A DNA stretch of 64,000 nt from Auanema rhodensis (Eukaryota > Animalia > Nematoda). The notes under the pieces were generated by a model that was not told the origin of the DNA, did not search any database, and saw only the letters and a program-made list of their open reading frames with translations. Numbering within the stretch: the first letter of the stretch is position 1; every line of letters begins with the position of its first letter. Shown here one piece after another: positions 41,418 through 56,859 of this stretch. The stretch spans positions 20,026,001-20,090,000 of the forward strand of contig OZ059897.1 in assembly GCA_964057225.1 (NCBI GenBank), in the 5' to 3' direction. Both the position numbers and the translations under genes were made by a program.

Positions 41418-44400
41418 AACACAGATCGACGCAGCTTAAAAATCCGCATCGAATGCACTATACTACATGGAAGAACGCTTAATACAAAAATTAGTTATGA
41501 TCGTTTGAAAAATGATGCATTAGTGTATGTTGAGTTTCCATGTACACTCAACATTGCTTCCAAAAACATTTTGACAAAAATTTTTTCGAAAAATTTCAGA
41601 ATAATTTAGCAAAAAGTAGATGTTTTTAGATTCCTTCTTTCAAGGCAAAGACGATGGACAATGTTATTCAACGAAAAAATTAATTCTTCAGGGTGAAAAT
41701 CGAGGATATAAGTGTGAACTTATATCAGTTGATATCTCGGTGCATTTTCAAGCTAGCGCAAATCTGATAACACAGATCGACGCAGCTTAAAAATCCGCAT
41801 CGAATGCACTATACTACATTGAGAAACGCTTAATACAAAAATTAGTTATGATCGTTTGAAAAATGATGCATTAGTGTATGTTGAGTTTCCATGTACACTC
41901 AACATTGCTTCCAAAAACATTTTGACAAAAATTTTTTCGAAAAATTTCAAGATAATTTAGCAAAAAGTAGATGTTTTTAAATTCCTTTTTTCAAGGCAAA
42001 GACGATGGACAATGTTATTCAACGAAAAAATTAATTCTTCAGGGTGAAAATCGAGGATATAAGTGTGAACTTATATCAGTTGATATCTCGGTGCATTTTT
42101 AAGCTAGCGCAAATCTGATAACACAGATCGACGCAGCTTAAAAATCCGCATCGAATGCACTGTACTACATAGAAGAACGCTTAATACAAAAATTAGTTAT
42201 GATCGTTTGAAAAATGATGCATTAGTGTATATTGAGTTTCCATGTAAACTCAACATTGATTCCAAAAACATTTTGACAAAAATTTTTTCGAAAAATTTCA
42301 AAATAATTTAGCAAAAAGTAGATGTTTTTAGATTCCTTTTTTCAAGGCAAAGACGATGGACAATGTTATTCAACGAAAAAATTATTTCTTCAGGGTGAAA
42401 ATCGAGGATATAAGTGTGAACTTATATCAGTTGATATCTCGGTGCATTTTTAAGCTAGCGCAAATCTGATAACACAGATCGACGCAGCTTAAAAATCCGC
42501 ATCGAATGCACTATACTACATTGAGAAACGCTTAATACAAAAATTAGTTATGATCGTTTGAAAAATGATGCATTAGTGTATGTTGAGTTTCCATGTACAC
42601 TCAACATTGCTTCCAAAAACATTTTGACAAAAATTTTTTCGAAAAATTTCAAAATAGATTAGCAAAAAGTAGATGTTTTTAGATTCCTTTTTTCAAGGCA
42701 AAGACGATGGACAATGTTATTCGACGAAAAAATTAATTCTTCAGGGTGAAAATCGAGGATATAAGTGTAAACTTATATCAGTTGATATCTCGGTGCATTT
42801 TTAAGCTAGCGCAAATCTGATAACACAGATCGACGCAGCTTAAAAATCCGCATCGAATGCACTATACTACATTGAGAAACGCTTAATACAAAAATTAGTT
42901 ATGATCGTTTGAAAAATGATGCATTAGTGTATGTTTAGTTTCCATGTACACTCAACATTGCTTCCAAAAACATTTTGACAAAAATTTTTTCGAAAAATTT
43001 CAAAATAATTTAGCAAAAAGTAGATGTTTTTAGATTCCTTTTTTCAAGGCAAAGACGATGGACAATGTTATTCAACGAAAACATTAATTCTTCAGGGTGA
43101 AAATCGAGGATATAAGTGTGAACTTATATCAGTTGATATCTCGGTACATTTTTAAGCTAGCGCAAATCTGATAACACAGATCGACGCAGCTTAAAAATCC
43201 GCATCGAATGCACTATACTACATGGAAGAACGCTTAATACAAAAATTAGTTATGATCGTTTGAAAAATGATGCATTAGTGTATGTTGAGTTTCCATGTAC
43301 ACTCAACATTGCTTCCAAAAACATTTTGACAAAAATTTTTTCGAAAAATTTCAGAATAATTTAGCAAAAAGTAGATGTTTTTAGATTCCTTCTTTCAAGG
43401 CAAAGACGATGGACAATGTTATTCAACGAAAAAATTAATTCTTCAGGGTGAAAATCGAGGATATAAGTGTGAACTTATATCAGTTGATATCTCGGTGCAT
43501 TTTTAAGCTAGCGCAAATCTGATAACACAGATCGACGCAGCTTAAAAATCCGCATCGAATGCACTATACTACATTGAGAAACGCTTAATACAAAAATTAG
43601 TTATGATCGTTTGAAAAATGATGCATTAGTGTATGTTGAGTTTCCATGTACACTCAACATTGCTTCCAAAAACATTTTGACAAAAATTTTTTCGAAAAAT
43701 TTCAAGATAATTTAGCAAAAAGTAGATGTTTTTAGATTCCTTTTTTCAAGGCAAAGACGATGGACAATGTTATTCAACGAAAAAATTAATTCTTCAGGGT
43801 GAAAATCGAGGATATAAGTGTGAACTTATATCAGTTGATATCTCGGTGCATTTTTAAGCTAGCGCAAATCTGATAACACAGATCGACGCAGCTTAAAAAT
43901 CCGCATCGAATGCACTGTACTACATAGAAGAACGCTTAATACAAAAATTAGTTATGATCGTTTGAAAAATGATGCATTAGTGTATATTGAGTTTCCATGT
44001 AAACTCAACATTGATTCCAAAAACATTTTGACAAAAATTTTTTCGAAAAATTTCAAAATAATTTAGCAAAAAGTAGATGTTTTTAGATTCCTTTTTTCAA
44101 GGCAAAGACGATGGACAATGTTATTCAACGAAAAAATTATTTCTTCAGGGTGAAAATCGAGGATATAAGTGTGAACTTATATCAGTTGATATCTCGGTGC
44201 ATTTTTAAGCTAGCGCAAATCTGATAACACAGATCGACGCAGCTTAAAAATCCGCATCGAATGCACTGTACTACATAGAAGAACGCTTAATACAAAAATT
44301 AGTTATGATCGTTTGAAAAATGATGCATTAGTGTATATTGAGTTTCCATGTAAACTCAACATTGATTCCAAAAACATTTTGACAAAAATTTTTTCGAAAA

Positions 44401-46331
44401 ATTTCAAGATAATTTAGCAAAAAGTAGATGTTTTTAGATTCCTTTTTTCAAGGCAAAGACGATGGACAATGTTATTCAACGAAAAAATTAATTCTTCAGG
44501 GTGAAAATCGAGGATATAAGTGTGAACTTATATCAGTTGATATCTCGGTACATTTTTAAGCTAGCGCAAATCTGATAACACAGATCGACGCAGCTTAAAA
44601 ATCCGCATCGAATGCACTATACTACATGGAAGAACGCTTAATACAAAAATTAGTTATGATCGTTTGAAAAATGATGCATTAGTGTATGTTGAGTTTCCAT
44701 GTACACTCAACATTGCTTCCAAAAACATTTTGACAAAAATTTTTTCGAAAAATTTCAAAATAATTTAGCAAAAAGTAGATGTTTTTAGATTCCTTATTTC
44801 AAGGCAAAGACGATGGACAATGTTATTCAACGAAAAAATTATTTCTTCAGGGTGAAAATCGAGGATATAAGTGTGAACTTATATCAGTTGATATATCGGT
44901 GCATTTTTAAGCTAGCGCAAATCTGATAACACAGATCGACGCAGCTTAAAAATCCGCATCGAATGCACTATACTACATTGAGAAACGCTTAATACAAAAA
45001 TTAGTTATGATCGTTTGAAAAATGATGCATTAGTGTATGTTGAGTTTCCATGTACACTCAACATTGCTTCCAAAAACATTTTGACAAAAATTTTTTCGAA
45101 AAATTTCAAAATAGATTAGCAAAAAGTAGATGTTTTTAGATTCCTTTTTTCAAGGCAAAGACGATGGACAATGTTATTCGACGAAAAAATTAATTCTTCA
45201 GGGTGAAAATCGAGGATATAAGTGTAAACTTATATCAGTTGATATCTCGGTGCATTTTTAAGCTAGCGCAAATCTGATAACACAGATCGACGCAGCTTAA
45301 AAATCCGCATCGAATGCACTGTACTACATAGAAGAACGCTTAATACAAAAATTAGTTATGATCGTTTGAAAAATGATGCATTAGTGTATGTTGAGTTTCC
45401 ATGTACACTCAACATTGCTTCCAAAAACATTTTGACAAAAATTTTTTCGAAAAATTTCAAAATAATTTAGCAAAAAGTAGATGTTTTCAGATTCCTTTTT
45501 TCAAGGCAAAGACGATGGACAATGTTATTTAACGAAAAAATTAATTCTTCAGGGTGAAAATCGAGGATATAAGTGTAAACTTATATCAGTTGATATCTCG
45601 GTGCATTTTTAAGCTAGCGCAAATCTGATAACACAGATCGACGCAGCTTAAAAATCCGCATCGAATGCACTATACTACATGGAAGAACGCTTAATACAAA
45701 AATTAGTTATGATCGTTTGAAAAATGATGCATTAGTGTATGTTGAGTTTCCATGTACACTCAACATTGCTTCCAAAAACATTTTGACAAAAATTTTTTCG
45801 AAAAATTTCAAAATAGATTAGCAAAAAGTAGATGTTTTTAGATTCCTTTTTTCAAGGCAAAGACGATGGACAATGTTATTCGACGAAAAAATTAATTCTT
45901 CAGGGTGAAAATCGAGGATATAAGTGTAAACTTATATCAGTTGATATCTCGGTGCATTTTTAAGCTAGCGCAAATCTGATAACACAGATCGACGCAGCTT
46001 AAAAATCCGCATCGAATGCACTGTACTACATAGAAGAACGCTTAATACAAAAATTAGTTATGATCGTTTGAAAAATGATGCATTAGTGTATGTTGAGTTT
46101 CCATGTACACTCAACATTGCTTCCAAAAACATTTTGACAAAAATTTTTTCGAAAAATTTCAAAATAATTTAGCAAAAAGTAGATGTTTTCAGATTCCTTT
46201 TTTCAAGGCAAAGACGATGGACAATGTTATTTAACGAAAAAATTAATTCTTCAGGGTGAAAATCGAGGATATAAGTGTAAACTTATATCAGTTGATATCT
46301 CGGTGCATTTTTAAGCTAGCGCAAATCTGAT

Positions 46332-49300
46332 AACACAGATCGACGCAGCTTAAAAATCCGCATCGAATGCACTATACTACATTGAGAAACGCTTAATACA
46401 AAAATTAGTTATGATAGTTTGAAAAATGATGCATTAGTGTATGTTGAGTTCCCATGTACACTCAACATTGCTTCCAAAAACATTTTGACAAAAATTTTTT
46501 CGAAAAATTTCAAAATAATTTAGCAAAAAGTAGATGTTTTTAGATTCCTTTTTTCAAGGCAAAGACGATGGACAATGTTATTCAACGAAAAAATTAATTC
46601 TTCAGGGTGAAAATCGAGGATATAAGTGTGAACTTATATCAGTTGATATCTCGGTACATTTTTAAGCTAGCGCAAATCTGATAAAACAGATCGACGCAGC
46701 TTAAAAATCCGCATCGAATGCACTATACTACATGGAAGAACGCTTAATACAAAAATTAGTTATGATCGTTTGAAAAATGATGCATTAGTGTATGTTGAGT
46801 TTCCATGTACACTCAACATTGCTTCCAAAAACATTTTGACAAAAATTTTTTCGAAAAATTTCAAAATAATTTAGCAAAAAGTAGATGTTTTTAGATTCCT
46901 TATTTCAAGGCAAAGACGATGGACAATGTTATTCAACGAAAAAATTATTTCTTCAGGGTGAAAATCGAGGATATAAGTGTGAACTTATATCAGTTGATAT
47001 CTCGGTGCATTTTTAAGCTAGCGCAAATCTGATAACACAGATCGACGCAGCTTAAAAATCCGCATCGAATGCACTATACTACATTGAGAAACGCTTAATA
47101 CAAAAATTAGTTATGATAGTTTGAAAAATGATGCATTAGTGTATGTTGAGTTCCCATGTACACTCAACATTGCTTCCAAAAACATTTTGACAAAAATTTT
47201 TTCGAAAAATTTCAAAATAATTTAGCAAAAAGTAGATGTTTTTAGATTCCTTTTTTCAAGGCAAAGACGATGGACAATGTTATTCAACGAAAAAATTAAT
47301 TCTTCAGGGTGAAAATCGAGGATATAAGTGTGAACTTATATCAGTTGATATCTCGGTACATTTTTAAGCTAGCGCAAATCTGATAAAACAGATCGACGCA
47401 GCTTAAAAATCCGCATCGAATGCACTATACTACATGGAAGAACGCTTAATACAAAAATTAGTTATGATCGTTTGAAAAATGATGCATTAGTGTATGTTGA
47501 GTTTCCATGTACACTCAACATTGCTTCCAAAAACATTTTGACAAAAATTTTTTCGAAAAATTTCAAAATAATTTAGCAAAAAGTAGATGTTTTTAGATTC
47601 CTTATTTCAAGGCAAAGACGATGGACAATGTTATTCAACGAAAAAATTATTTCTTCAGGGTGAAAATCGAGGATATAAGTGTGAACTTATATCAGTTGAT
47701 ATATCGGTGCATTTTTAAGCTAGCGCAAATCTGATAACACAGATCGACGCAGCTTAAAAATCCGCATCGAATGCAATATACTACATTAAGAAACGCCTAA
47801 TACAAAAATTAGTTATGATCGTTTGAAAAATGATGCATTAGTGTATGTTGAGTTTCCATGTACACTCAACATTGCTTCCAAAAACATTTTGACAAAAATT
47901 TTTTCGAAAAATTTCAAAATAGATTAGCAAAAAGTAGATGTTTTTAGATTCCTTTTTTCAAGGCAAAGACGATGGACAATGTTATTCAACGAAAAAATTA
48001 ATTCTTCAGGGTGAAAATCGAGGATATAAGTGTGAACTTATATCAGTTGATATCTCGGTGCATTTTTAAGCTAGCGCAAATCTGATAACACAGATCGACG
48101 CAGCTTAAAAATCCGCATCGAATGCACTATACTACATTGAGAAACGCTTAATACAAAAATTAGTTATGATCGTTTGAAAAATGATGCATTAGTGTATGTT
48201 GAGTTTCCATGTACACTCAACATTGCTTCCAAAAACATTTTGACAAAAATTTTTTCGAAAAATTTCAAAATAGATTAGCAAAAAGTAGATGTTTTTAGAT
48301 TCCTTTTTTCAAGGCAAAGACGATGGACAATGTTATTCGACGAAAAAATTAATTCTTCAGGGTGAAAATCGAGGATATAAGTGTAAACTTATATCAGTTG
48401 ATATCTCGGTGCATTTTTAAGCTAGCGCAAATCTGATAACACAGATCGACGCAGCTTAAAAATCCGCATCGAATGCACTATACTACATTGAGAAACGCTT
48501 AATACAAAAATTAGTTATGATCGTTTGAAAAATGATGCATTAGTGTATGTTGAGTTTCCATGTACACTCAACATTGCTTCCAAAAACATTTTGACAAAAA
48601 TTTTTTCGAAAAATTTCAAAATAATTTAGCAAAAAGTAGATGTTTTCAGATTCCTTTTTTCAAGGCAAAGACGATGGACAATGTTATTTAACGAAAAAAT
48701 TAATTCTTCAGGGTGAAAATCGAGGATATAAGTGTAAACTTATATCAGTTGATATCTCGGTGCATTTTTAAGCTAGCGCAAATCTGATAACACAGATCGA
48801 CGCAGCTTAAAAATCCGCATCGAATGCACTATACTACATTGAGAAACGCTTAATACAAAAATTAGTTATGATAGTTTGAAAAATGATGCATTAGTGTATG
48901 TTGAGTTCCCATGTACACTCAACATTGCTTCCAAAAACATTTTGACAAAAATTTTTTCGAAAAATTTCAAAATAATTTAGCAAAAAGTAGATGTTTTTAG
49001 ATTCCTTTTTTCAAGGCAAAGACGATGGACAATGTTATTCAACGAAAAAATTAATTCTTCAGGGTGAAAATCGAGGATATAAGTGTGAACTTATATCAGT
49101 TGATATCTCGGTACATTTTTAAGCTAGCGCAAATCTGATAAAACAGATCGACGCAGCTTAAAAATCCGCATCGAATGCACTATACTACATGGAAGAACGC
49201 TTAATACAAAAATTAGTTATGATCGTTTGAAAAATGATGCATTAGTGTATGTTGAGTTTCCATGTACACTCAACATTGCTTCCAAAAACATTTTGACAAA

Positions 49301-52300
49301 AATTTTTTCGAAAAATTTCAAAATAATTTAGCAAAAAGTAGATGTTTTTAGATTCCTTATTTCAAGGCAAAGACGATGGACAATGTTATTCAACGAAAAA
49401 ATTATTTCTTCAGGGTGAAAATCGAGGATATAAGTGTGAACTTATATCAGTTGATATATCGGTGCATTTTTAAGCTAGCGCAAATCTGATAACACAGATC
49501 GACGCAGCTTAAAAATCCGCATCGAATGCAATATACTACATTAAGAAACGCCTAATACAAAAATTAGTTATGATCGTTTGAAAAATGATGCATTAGTGTA
49601 TGTTGAGTTTCCATGTACACTCAACATTGCTTCCAAAAACATTTTGACAAAAATTTTTTCGAAAAATTTCAAAATAGATTAGCAAAAAGTAGATGTTTTT
49701 AGATTCCTTTTTTCAAGGCAAAGACGATGGACAATGTTATTCAACGAAAAAATTAATTCTTCAGGGTGAAAATCGAGGATATAAGTGTGAACTTATATCA
49801 GTTGATATCTCGGTGCATTTTTAAGCTAGCGCAAATCTGATAACACAGATCGACGCAGCTTAAAAATCCGCATCGAATGCACTATACTACATTGAGAAAC
49901 GCTTAATACAAAAATTAGTTATGATAGTTTGAAAAATGATGCATTAGTGTATGTTGAGTTCCCATGTACACTCAACATTGCTTCCAAAAACATTTTGACA
50001 AAAATTTTTTCGAAAAATTTCAAAATAATTTAGCAAAAAGTAGATGTTTTTAGATTCCTTTTTTCAAGGCAAAGACGATGGACAATGTTATTCAACGAAA
50101 AAATTAATTCTTCAGGGTGAAAATCGAGGATATAAGTGTGAACTTATATCAGTTGATATCTCGGTACATTTTTAAGCTAGCGCAAATCTGATAAAACAGA
50201 TCGACGCAGCTTAAAAATCCGCATCGAATGCACTATACTACATGGAAGAACGCTTAATACAAAAATTAGTTATGATCGTTTGAAAAATGATGCATTAGTG
50301 TATGTTGAGTTTCCATGTACACTCAACATTGCTTCCAAAAACATTTTGACAAAAATTTTTTCGAAAAATTTCAAAATAATTTAGCAAAAAGTAGATGTTT
50401 TTAGATTCCTTATTTCAAGGCAAAGACGATGGACAATGTTATTCAACGAAAAAATTATTTCTTCAGGGTGAAAATCGAGGATATAAGTGTGAACTTATAT
50501 CAGTTGATATATCGGTGCATTTTTAAGCTAGCGCAAATCTGATAACACAGATCGACGCAGCTTAAAAATCCGCATCGAATGCAATATACTACATTAAGAA
50601 ACGCCTAATACAAAAATTAGTTATGATCGTTTGAAAAATGATGCATTAGTGTATGTTGAGTTTCCATGTACACTCAACATTGCTTCCAAAAACATTTTGA
50701 CAAAAATTTTTTCGAAAAATTTCAAAATAGATTAGCAAAAAGTAGATGTTTTTAGATTCCTTTTTTCAAGGCAAAGACGATGGACAATGTTATTCAACGA
50801 AAAAATTAATTCTTCAGGGTGAAAATCGAGGATATAAGTGTGAACTTATATCAGTTGATATCTCGGTGCATTTTTAAGCTAGCGCAAATCTGATAACACA
50901 GATCGACGCAGCTTAAAAATCCGCATCGAATGCACTATACTACATTGAGAAACGCTTAATACAAAAATTAGTTATGATCGTTTGAAAAATGATGCATTAG
51001 TGTATGTTGAGTTTCCATGTACACTCAACATTGCTTCCAAAAACATTTTGACAAAAATTTTTTCGAAAAATTTCAAAATAGATTAGCAAAAAGTAGATGT
51101 TTTTAGATTCCTTTTTTCAAGGCAAAGACGATGGACAATGTTATTCGACGAAAAAATTAATTCTTCAGGGTGAAAATCGAGGATATAAGTGTAAACTTAT
51201 ATCAGTTGATATCTCGGTGCATTTTTAAGCTAGCGCAAATCTGATAACACAGATCGACGCAGCTTAAAAATCCGCATCGAATGCACTATACTACATTGAG
51301 AAACGCTTAATACAAAAATTAGTTATGATCGTTTGAAAAATGATGCATTAGTGTATGTTGAGTTTCCATGTACACTCAACATTGCTTCCAAAAACATTTT
51401 GACAAAAATTTTTTCGAAAAATTTCAAAATAATTTAGCAAAAAGTAGATGTTTTCAGATTCCTTTTTTCAAGGCAAAGACGATGGACAATGTTATTTAAC
51501 GAAAAAATTAATTCTTCAGGGTGAAAATCGAGGATATAAGTGTAAACTTATATCAGTTGATATCTCGGTGCATTTTTAAGCTAGCGCAAATCTGATAACA
51601 CAGATCGACGCAGCTTAAAAATCCGCATCGAATGCACTATACTACATTGAGAAACGCTTAATACAAAAATTAGTTATGATAGTTTGAAAAATGATGCATT
51701 AGTGTATGTTGAGTTCCCATGTACACTCAACATTGCTTCCAAAAACATTTTGACAAAAATTTTTTCGAAAAATTTCAAAATAATTTAGCAAAAAGTAGAT
51801 GTTTTTAGATTCCTTTTTTCAAGGCAAAGACGATGGACAATGTTATTCAACGAAAAAATTAATTCTTCAGGGTGAAAATCGAGGATATAAGTGTGAACTT
51901 ATATCAGTTGATATCTCGGTACATTTTTAAGCTAGCGCAAATCTGATAAAACAGATCGACGCAGCTTAAAAATCCGCATCGAATGCACTATACTACATGG
52001 AAGAACGCTTAATACAAAAATTAGTTATGATCGTTTGAAAAATGATGCATTAGTGTATGTTGAGTTTCCATGTACACTCAACATTGCTTCCAAAAACATT
52101 TTGACAAAAATTTTTTCGAAAAATTTCAAAATAATTTAGCAAAAAGTAGATGTTTTTAGATTCCTTATTTCAAGGCAAAGACGATGGACAATGTTATTCA
52201 ACGAAAAAATTATTTCTTCAGGGTGAAAATCGAGGATATAAGTGTGAACTTATATCAGTTGATATATCGGTGCATTTTTAAGCTAGCGCAAATCTGATAA

Positions 52301-53351
52301 CACAGATCGACGCAGCTTAAAAATCCGCATCGAATGCAATATACTACATTAAGAAACGCCTAATACAAAAATTAGTTATGATCGTTTGAAAAATGATGCA
52401 TTAGTGTATGTTGAGTTTCCATGTACACTCAACATTGCTTCCAAAAACATTTTGACAAAAATTTTTTCGAAAAATTTCAAAATAGATTAGCAAAAAGTAG
52501 ATGTTTTTAGATTCCTTTTTTCAAGGCAAAGACGATGGACAATGTTATTCAACGAAAAAATTAATTCTTCAGGGTGAAAATCGAGGATATAAGTGTGAAC
52601 TTATATCAGTTGATATCTCGGTGCATTTTTAAGCTAGCGCAAATCTGATAACACAGATCGACGCAGCTTAAAAATCCGCATCGAATGCACTATACTACAT
52701 TGAGAAACGCTTAATACAAAAATTAGTTATGATCGTTTGAAAAATGATGCATTAGTGTATGTTGAGTTTCCATGTACACTCAACATTGCTTCCAAAAACA
52801 TTTTGACAAAAATTTTTTCGAAAAATTTCAAAATAGATTAGCAAAAAGTAGATGTTTTTAGATTCCTTTTTTCAAGGCAAAGACGATGGACAATGTTATT
52901 CGACGAAAAAATTAATTCTTCAGGGTGAAAATCGAGGATATAAGTGTAAACTTATATCAGTTGATATCTCGGTGCATTTTTAAGCTAGCGCAAATCTGAT
53001 AACACAGATCGACGCAGCTTAAAAATCCGCATCGAATGCACTATACTACATTGAGAAACGCTTAATACAAAAATTAGTTATGATCGTTTGAAAAATGATG
53101 CATTAGTGTATGTTGAGTTTCCATGTACACTCAACATTGCTTCCAAAAACATTTTGACAAAAATTTTTTCGAAAAATTTCAAAATAATTTAGCAAAAAGT
53201 AGATGTTTTCAGATTCCTTTTTTCAAGGCAAAGACGATGGACAATGTTATTTAACGAAAAAATTAATTCTTCAGGGTGAAAATCGAGGATATAAGTGTAA
53301 ACTTATATCAGTTGATATCTCGGTGCATTTTTAAGCTAGCGCAAATCTGAT
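46332..53351. repeat. 5-mer higher-order repeat (1755 bp): three full and two truncated units (m133-152)
   Basis: Unit = GATAGT+TTCCC / AAAACAG+TGGAAG+CCTTATT / GCAATA+TTAAG / TAGATT+TCGAC / TTTTCAG. Full units at 47034, 49842 and 51597; truncated units at 46332 (2 monomers) and 48789 (3 monomers). Confidence 0.85.
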
Positions 53352-56300
53352 AACACAGATCGACGCAGCTTAAAAATCCGCATCGAATGCACTATACTAC
53401 ATTGAGAAACGCTTAATACAAAAATTAGTTATGATCGTTTGAAAAATGATGCATTAGTGTATGTTGAGTTTCCATGTACACTCAACATTGCTTCCAAAAA
53501 CATTTTGACAAAAATTTTTTCGAAAAATTTCAAAATAATTTAGCAAAAAGTAGATGTTTTTAGATTCCTTATTTCAAGGCAAAGACGATGGACAATGTTA
53601 TTCAACGAAAAAATTATTTCTTCAGGGTGAAAATCGAGGATATAAGTGTGAACTTATATCAGTTGATATATCGGTGCATTTTTAAGCTAGCGCAAATCTG
53701 ATAACACAGATCGACGCAGCTTAAAAATCCGCATCGAATGCACTATACTACATTAAGAAACGCCTAATACAAAAATTAGTTATGATCGTTTGAAAAATGA
53801 TGCATTAGTGTATGTTGAGTTTCCATGTACACTCAACATTGCTTCCAAAAACATTTTGACAAACATTTTTTCGAAAAATTTCAAAATAATTTAGCAAAAA
53901 GTAGATGTTTTTAGATTCCTTTTTTCAAGGCAAAGACGATGGACAATGTTATTCAACGAAAAAATTAATTCTTCAGGGTGAAAATCGAGGATATAAGTGT
54001 GAACTTATATCAGTTGATATCTCGGTACATTTTTAAGCTAGCGCAAATCTGATAAAACAGATCGACGCAGCTTAAAAATCCGCATCGAATGCACTATACT
54101 ACATGGAAGAACGCTTAATACAAAAATTAGTTATGATCGTTTGAAAAATGATGCATTAGTGTATGTTGAGTTTCCATGTACACTCAACATTGCTTCCAAA
54201 AACATTTTGACAAAAATTTTTTCGAAAAATTTCAAAATAATTTAGCAAAAAGTAGATGTTTATAGATTCCTTATTTCAAGGCAAAGACGATGGACAATGT
54301 TATTCAACGAAAAAATTATTTCTTCAGGGTGAAAATCGAGGATATAAGTGTGAACTTATATCAGTTGATATATCGGTGCATTTTTAAGCTAGCGCAAATC
54401 TGATAACACAGATCGACGCAGCTCAAAAATCCGTACCAATGCACTATACTATATTGAGAAACGCTTAATACAAAAATTAGTTATGATCGTTTGAAAAATG
54501 ATGCATTAGTGTATGTTGAGTTTCCATGTACACTCAACATTGCTTCCAAAAACATTTTGACAAAAATTTTTTCGAAAAATTTCAAAATAATTTAGCAAAA
54601 AGTAGATGTTTTTAGATTCCTTTTTTCAAGGCAAAGACGATGGACAATGTTATTCAACGAAAAAATTAATTCTTCAGGGTGAAAATCGAGGATATAAGTG
54701 TGAACTTATATCAGTTGATATCTCGGTACATTTTTAAGCTAGCGCAAATCTGATAACACAGATCGACGCAGCTTAAAAATCCGCATCGAATGCACTATAC
54801 TACATGGAAGAACGCTTAATACAAAAATTAGTTATGATCGTTTGAAAAATGATGCATTAGTGTATGTTGAGTTTCCATGTACACTCAACATTGCTTCCAA
54901 AAACATTTTGACAAAAATTTTTTCGAAAAATTTCAAAATAATTTAGCAAAACGTAGATGTTTTTAGATTCCTTTTTTCAAGGCAAAGACGATGGACAATG
55001 TTAATCAACGAAAAAATTATTTCTTCAGGGTGAAAATCGAGGATATAAGTGTGAACTTATATCAGTTGATATCTCGGTGCATTTTTAAGCTAGCGCAAAT
55101 CTGATAACACAGATCGACGCAGCTTAAAAATCCGCATCGAATGCACTATACTACATTGAGAAACGCTTAATACAAAAATTAGTTATGATCGTTTGAAAAA
55201 TGATGCATTAGTGTATGTTGAGTTTCCATGTACACTCAACATTGCTTCCAAAAACATTTTGACAAAAATTTTTTCGAAAAATTTCAAAATAATTTAGCAA
55301 AAAGTAGATGTTTTTAGATTCCTTTTTTCAAGGCGAAGACGATGGACAATGTTATTCAACGAAAAAATTAATTCTTCAGGGTGAAAATCGAGGATATAAG
55401 TGTGAACTTATATCAGTTGATATCTCGGTGCATTTTTAAGCTAGCGCAAAACTGATAACACAGATCGACGCAGCTCAAAAATCCGTACCAATGCACTATA
55501 CTATATTGAGAAACGCTTAATACAAAAATTAGTTATGATCGTTTGAAAAATGATGCATTAGTGTATGTTGAGTTTCCATGTACACTCAACATTGCTTCCA
55601 AAAACATTTTGACAAAAATTTTTTCGAAAAATTTCAAAATAATTTAGCAAAAAGTAGATGTTTTTAGATTCCTTTTTTCAAGGCAAAGACGATGGACAAT
55701 GTTATTTAACGAAAAAATTAATTCTTCAGGGTGAAAATCGAGGATATAAGTGTAAACTTATATCAGTTGATATCTCGGTGCATTTTTAAGCTAGCGCAAA
55801 TCTGATAACACAGATCGACGCAGCTTAAAAATCCGCATCGAATGCACTATACTACATTGAGAAACGCTTAATACAAAAATTAGTTATGATCGTTTGAAAA
55901 ATGATGCATTAGTGTATGTTGAGTTTCCATGTACACTCAACATTGCTTCCGAAAACATTTTGACAAAAATTTTTTCGAAAAATTTCAAAATAATTTAGCA
56001 AAAAGTAGATGTTTTTAGATTCCTTTTTTCAAGGCAAAGACGATGGACAATGTTATTCAACGAAAAAATTAATTCTTCAGGGTGAAAATCGAGGATATAA
56101 GTGTAAACTTATATCAGTTGATATCTCGGTGCATTTTTAAGCTAGCGCAAATCTGATAACACAGATCGACGCAGCTTAAAAATCCGCATCGAATGCACTA
56201 TACTACATTGAGAAACGCTTAATACAAAAATTAGTTATGATCGTTTGAAAAATGATGCATTAGTGTATGTTGAGTTTCCATGTACACTCAACATTGCTTC

Positions 56301-56859
56301 CAAAAACATTTTGACAAAAATTTTTTCGAAAAATTTCAAAATAATTTAGCAAAAAGTAGATGTTTTTAGATTCCTTTTTTCAAGGCAAAGACGATGGACA
56401 ATGTTATTCAACGAAAAAATTAATTCTTCAGGGTGAAAATCGAGGATATAAGTGTAAACTTATATCAGTTGATATCTCGGTGCATTTTTAAGCTAGCGCA
56501 AATCTGATAACACAGATCGACGCAGCTTAAAAATCCGCATCGAATGCACTATACTACATTGAGAAACGCTTAATACAAAAATTAGTTATGATCGTTTGAA
56601 AAATGATGCATTAGTGTATGTTGAGTTTCCATGTACACTCAACATTGCTTCCAAAAACATTTTGACAAAAATTTTTTCGAAAAATTTCAAAATAATTTAG
56701 CAAAAAGTAGATGTTTTTAGATTCCTTTTTTCAAGGCAAAGACGATGGACGATGTTATTCAACGAAAAAATTAATTCTTCAGGGTGAAAATCGAGGATAT
56801 AAGTGTGAACTTATATCAGTTGATATCTCGGTGCATTTTTAAGCTAGCGCAAATCTGAT

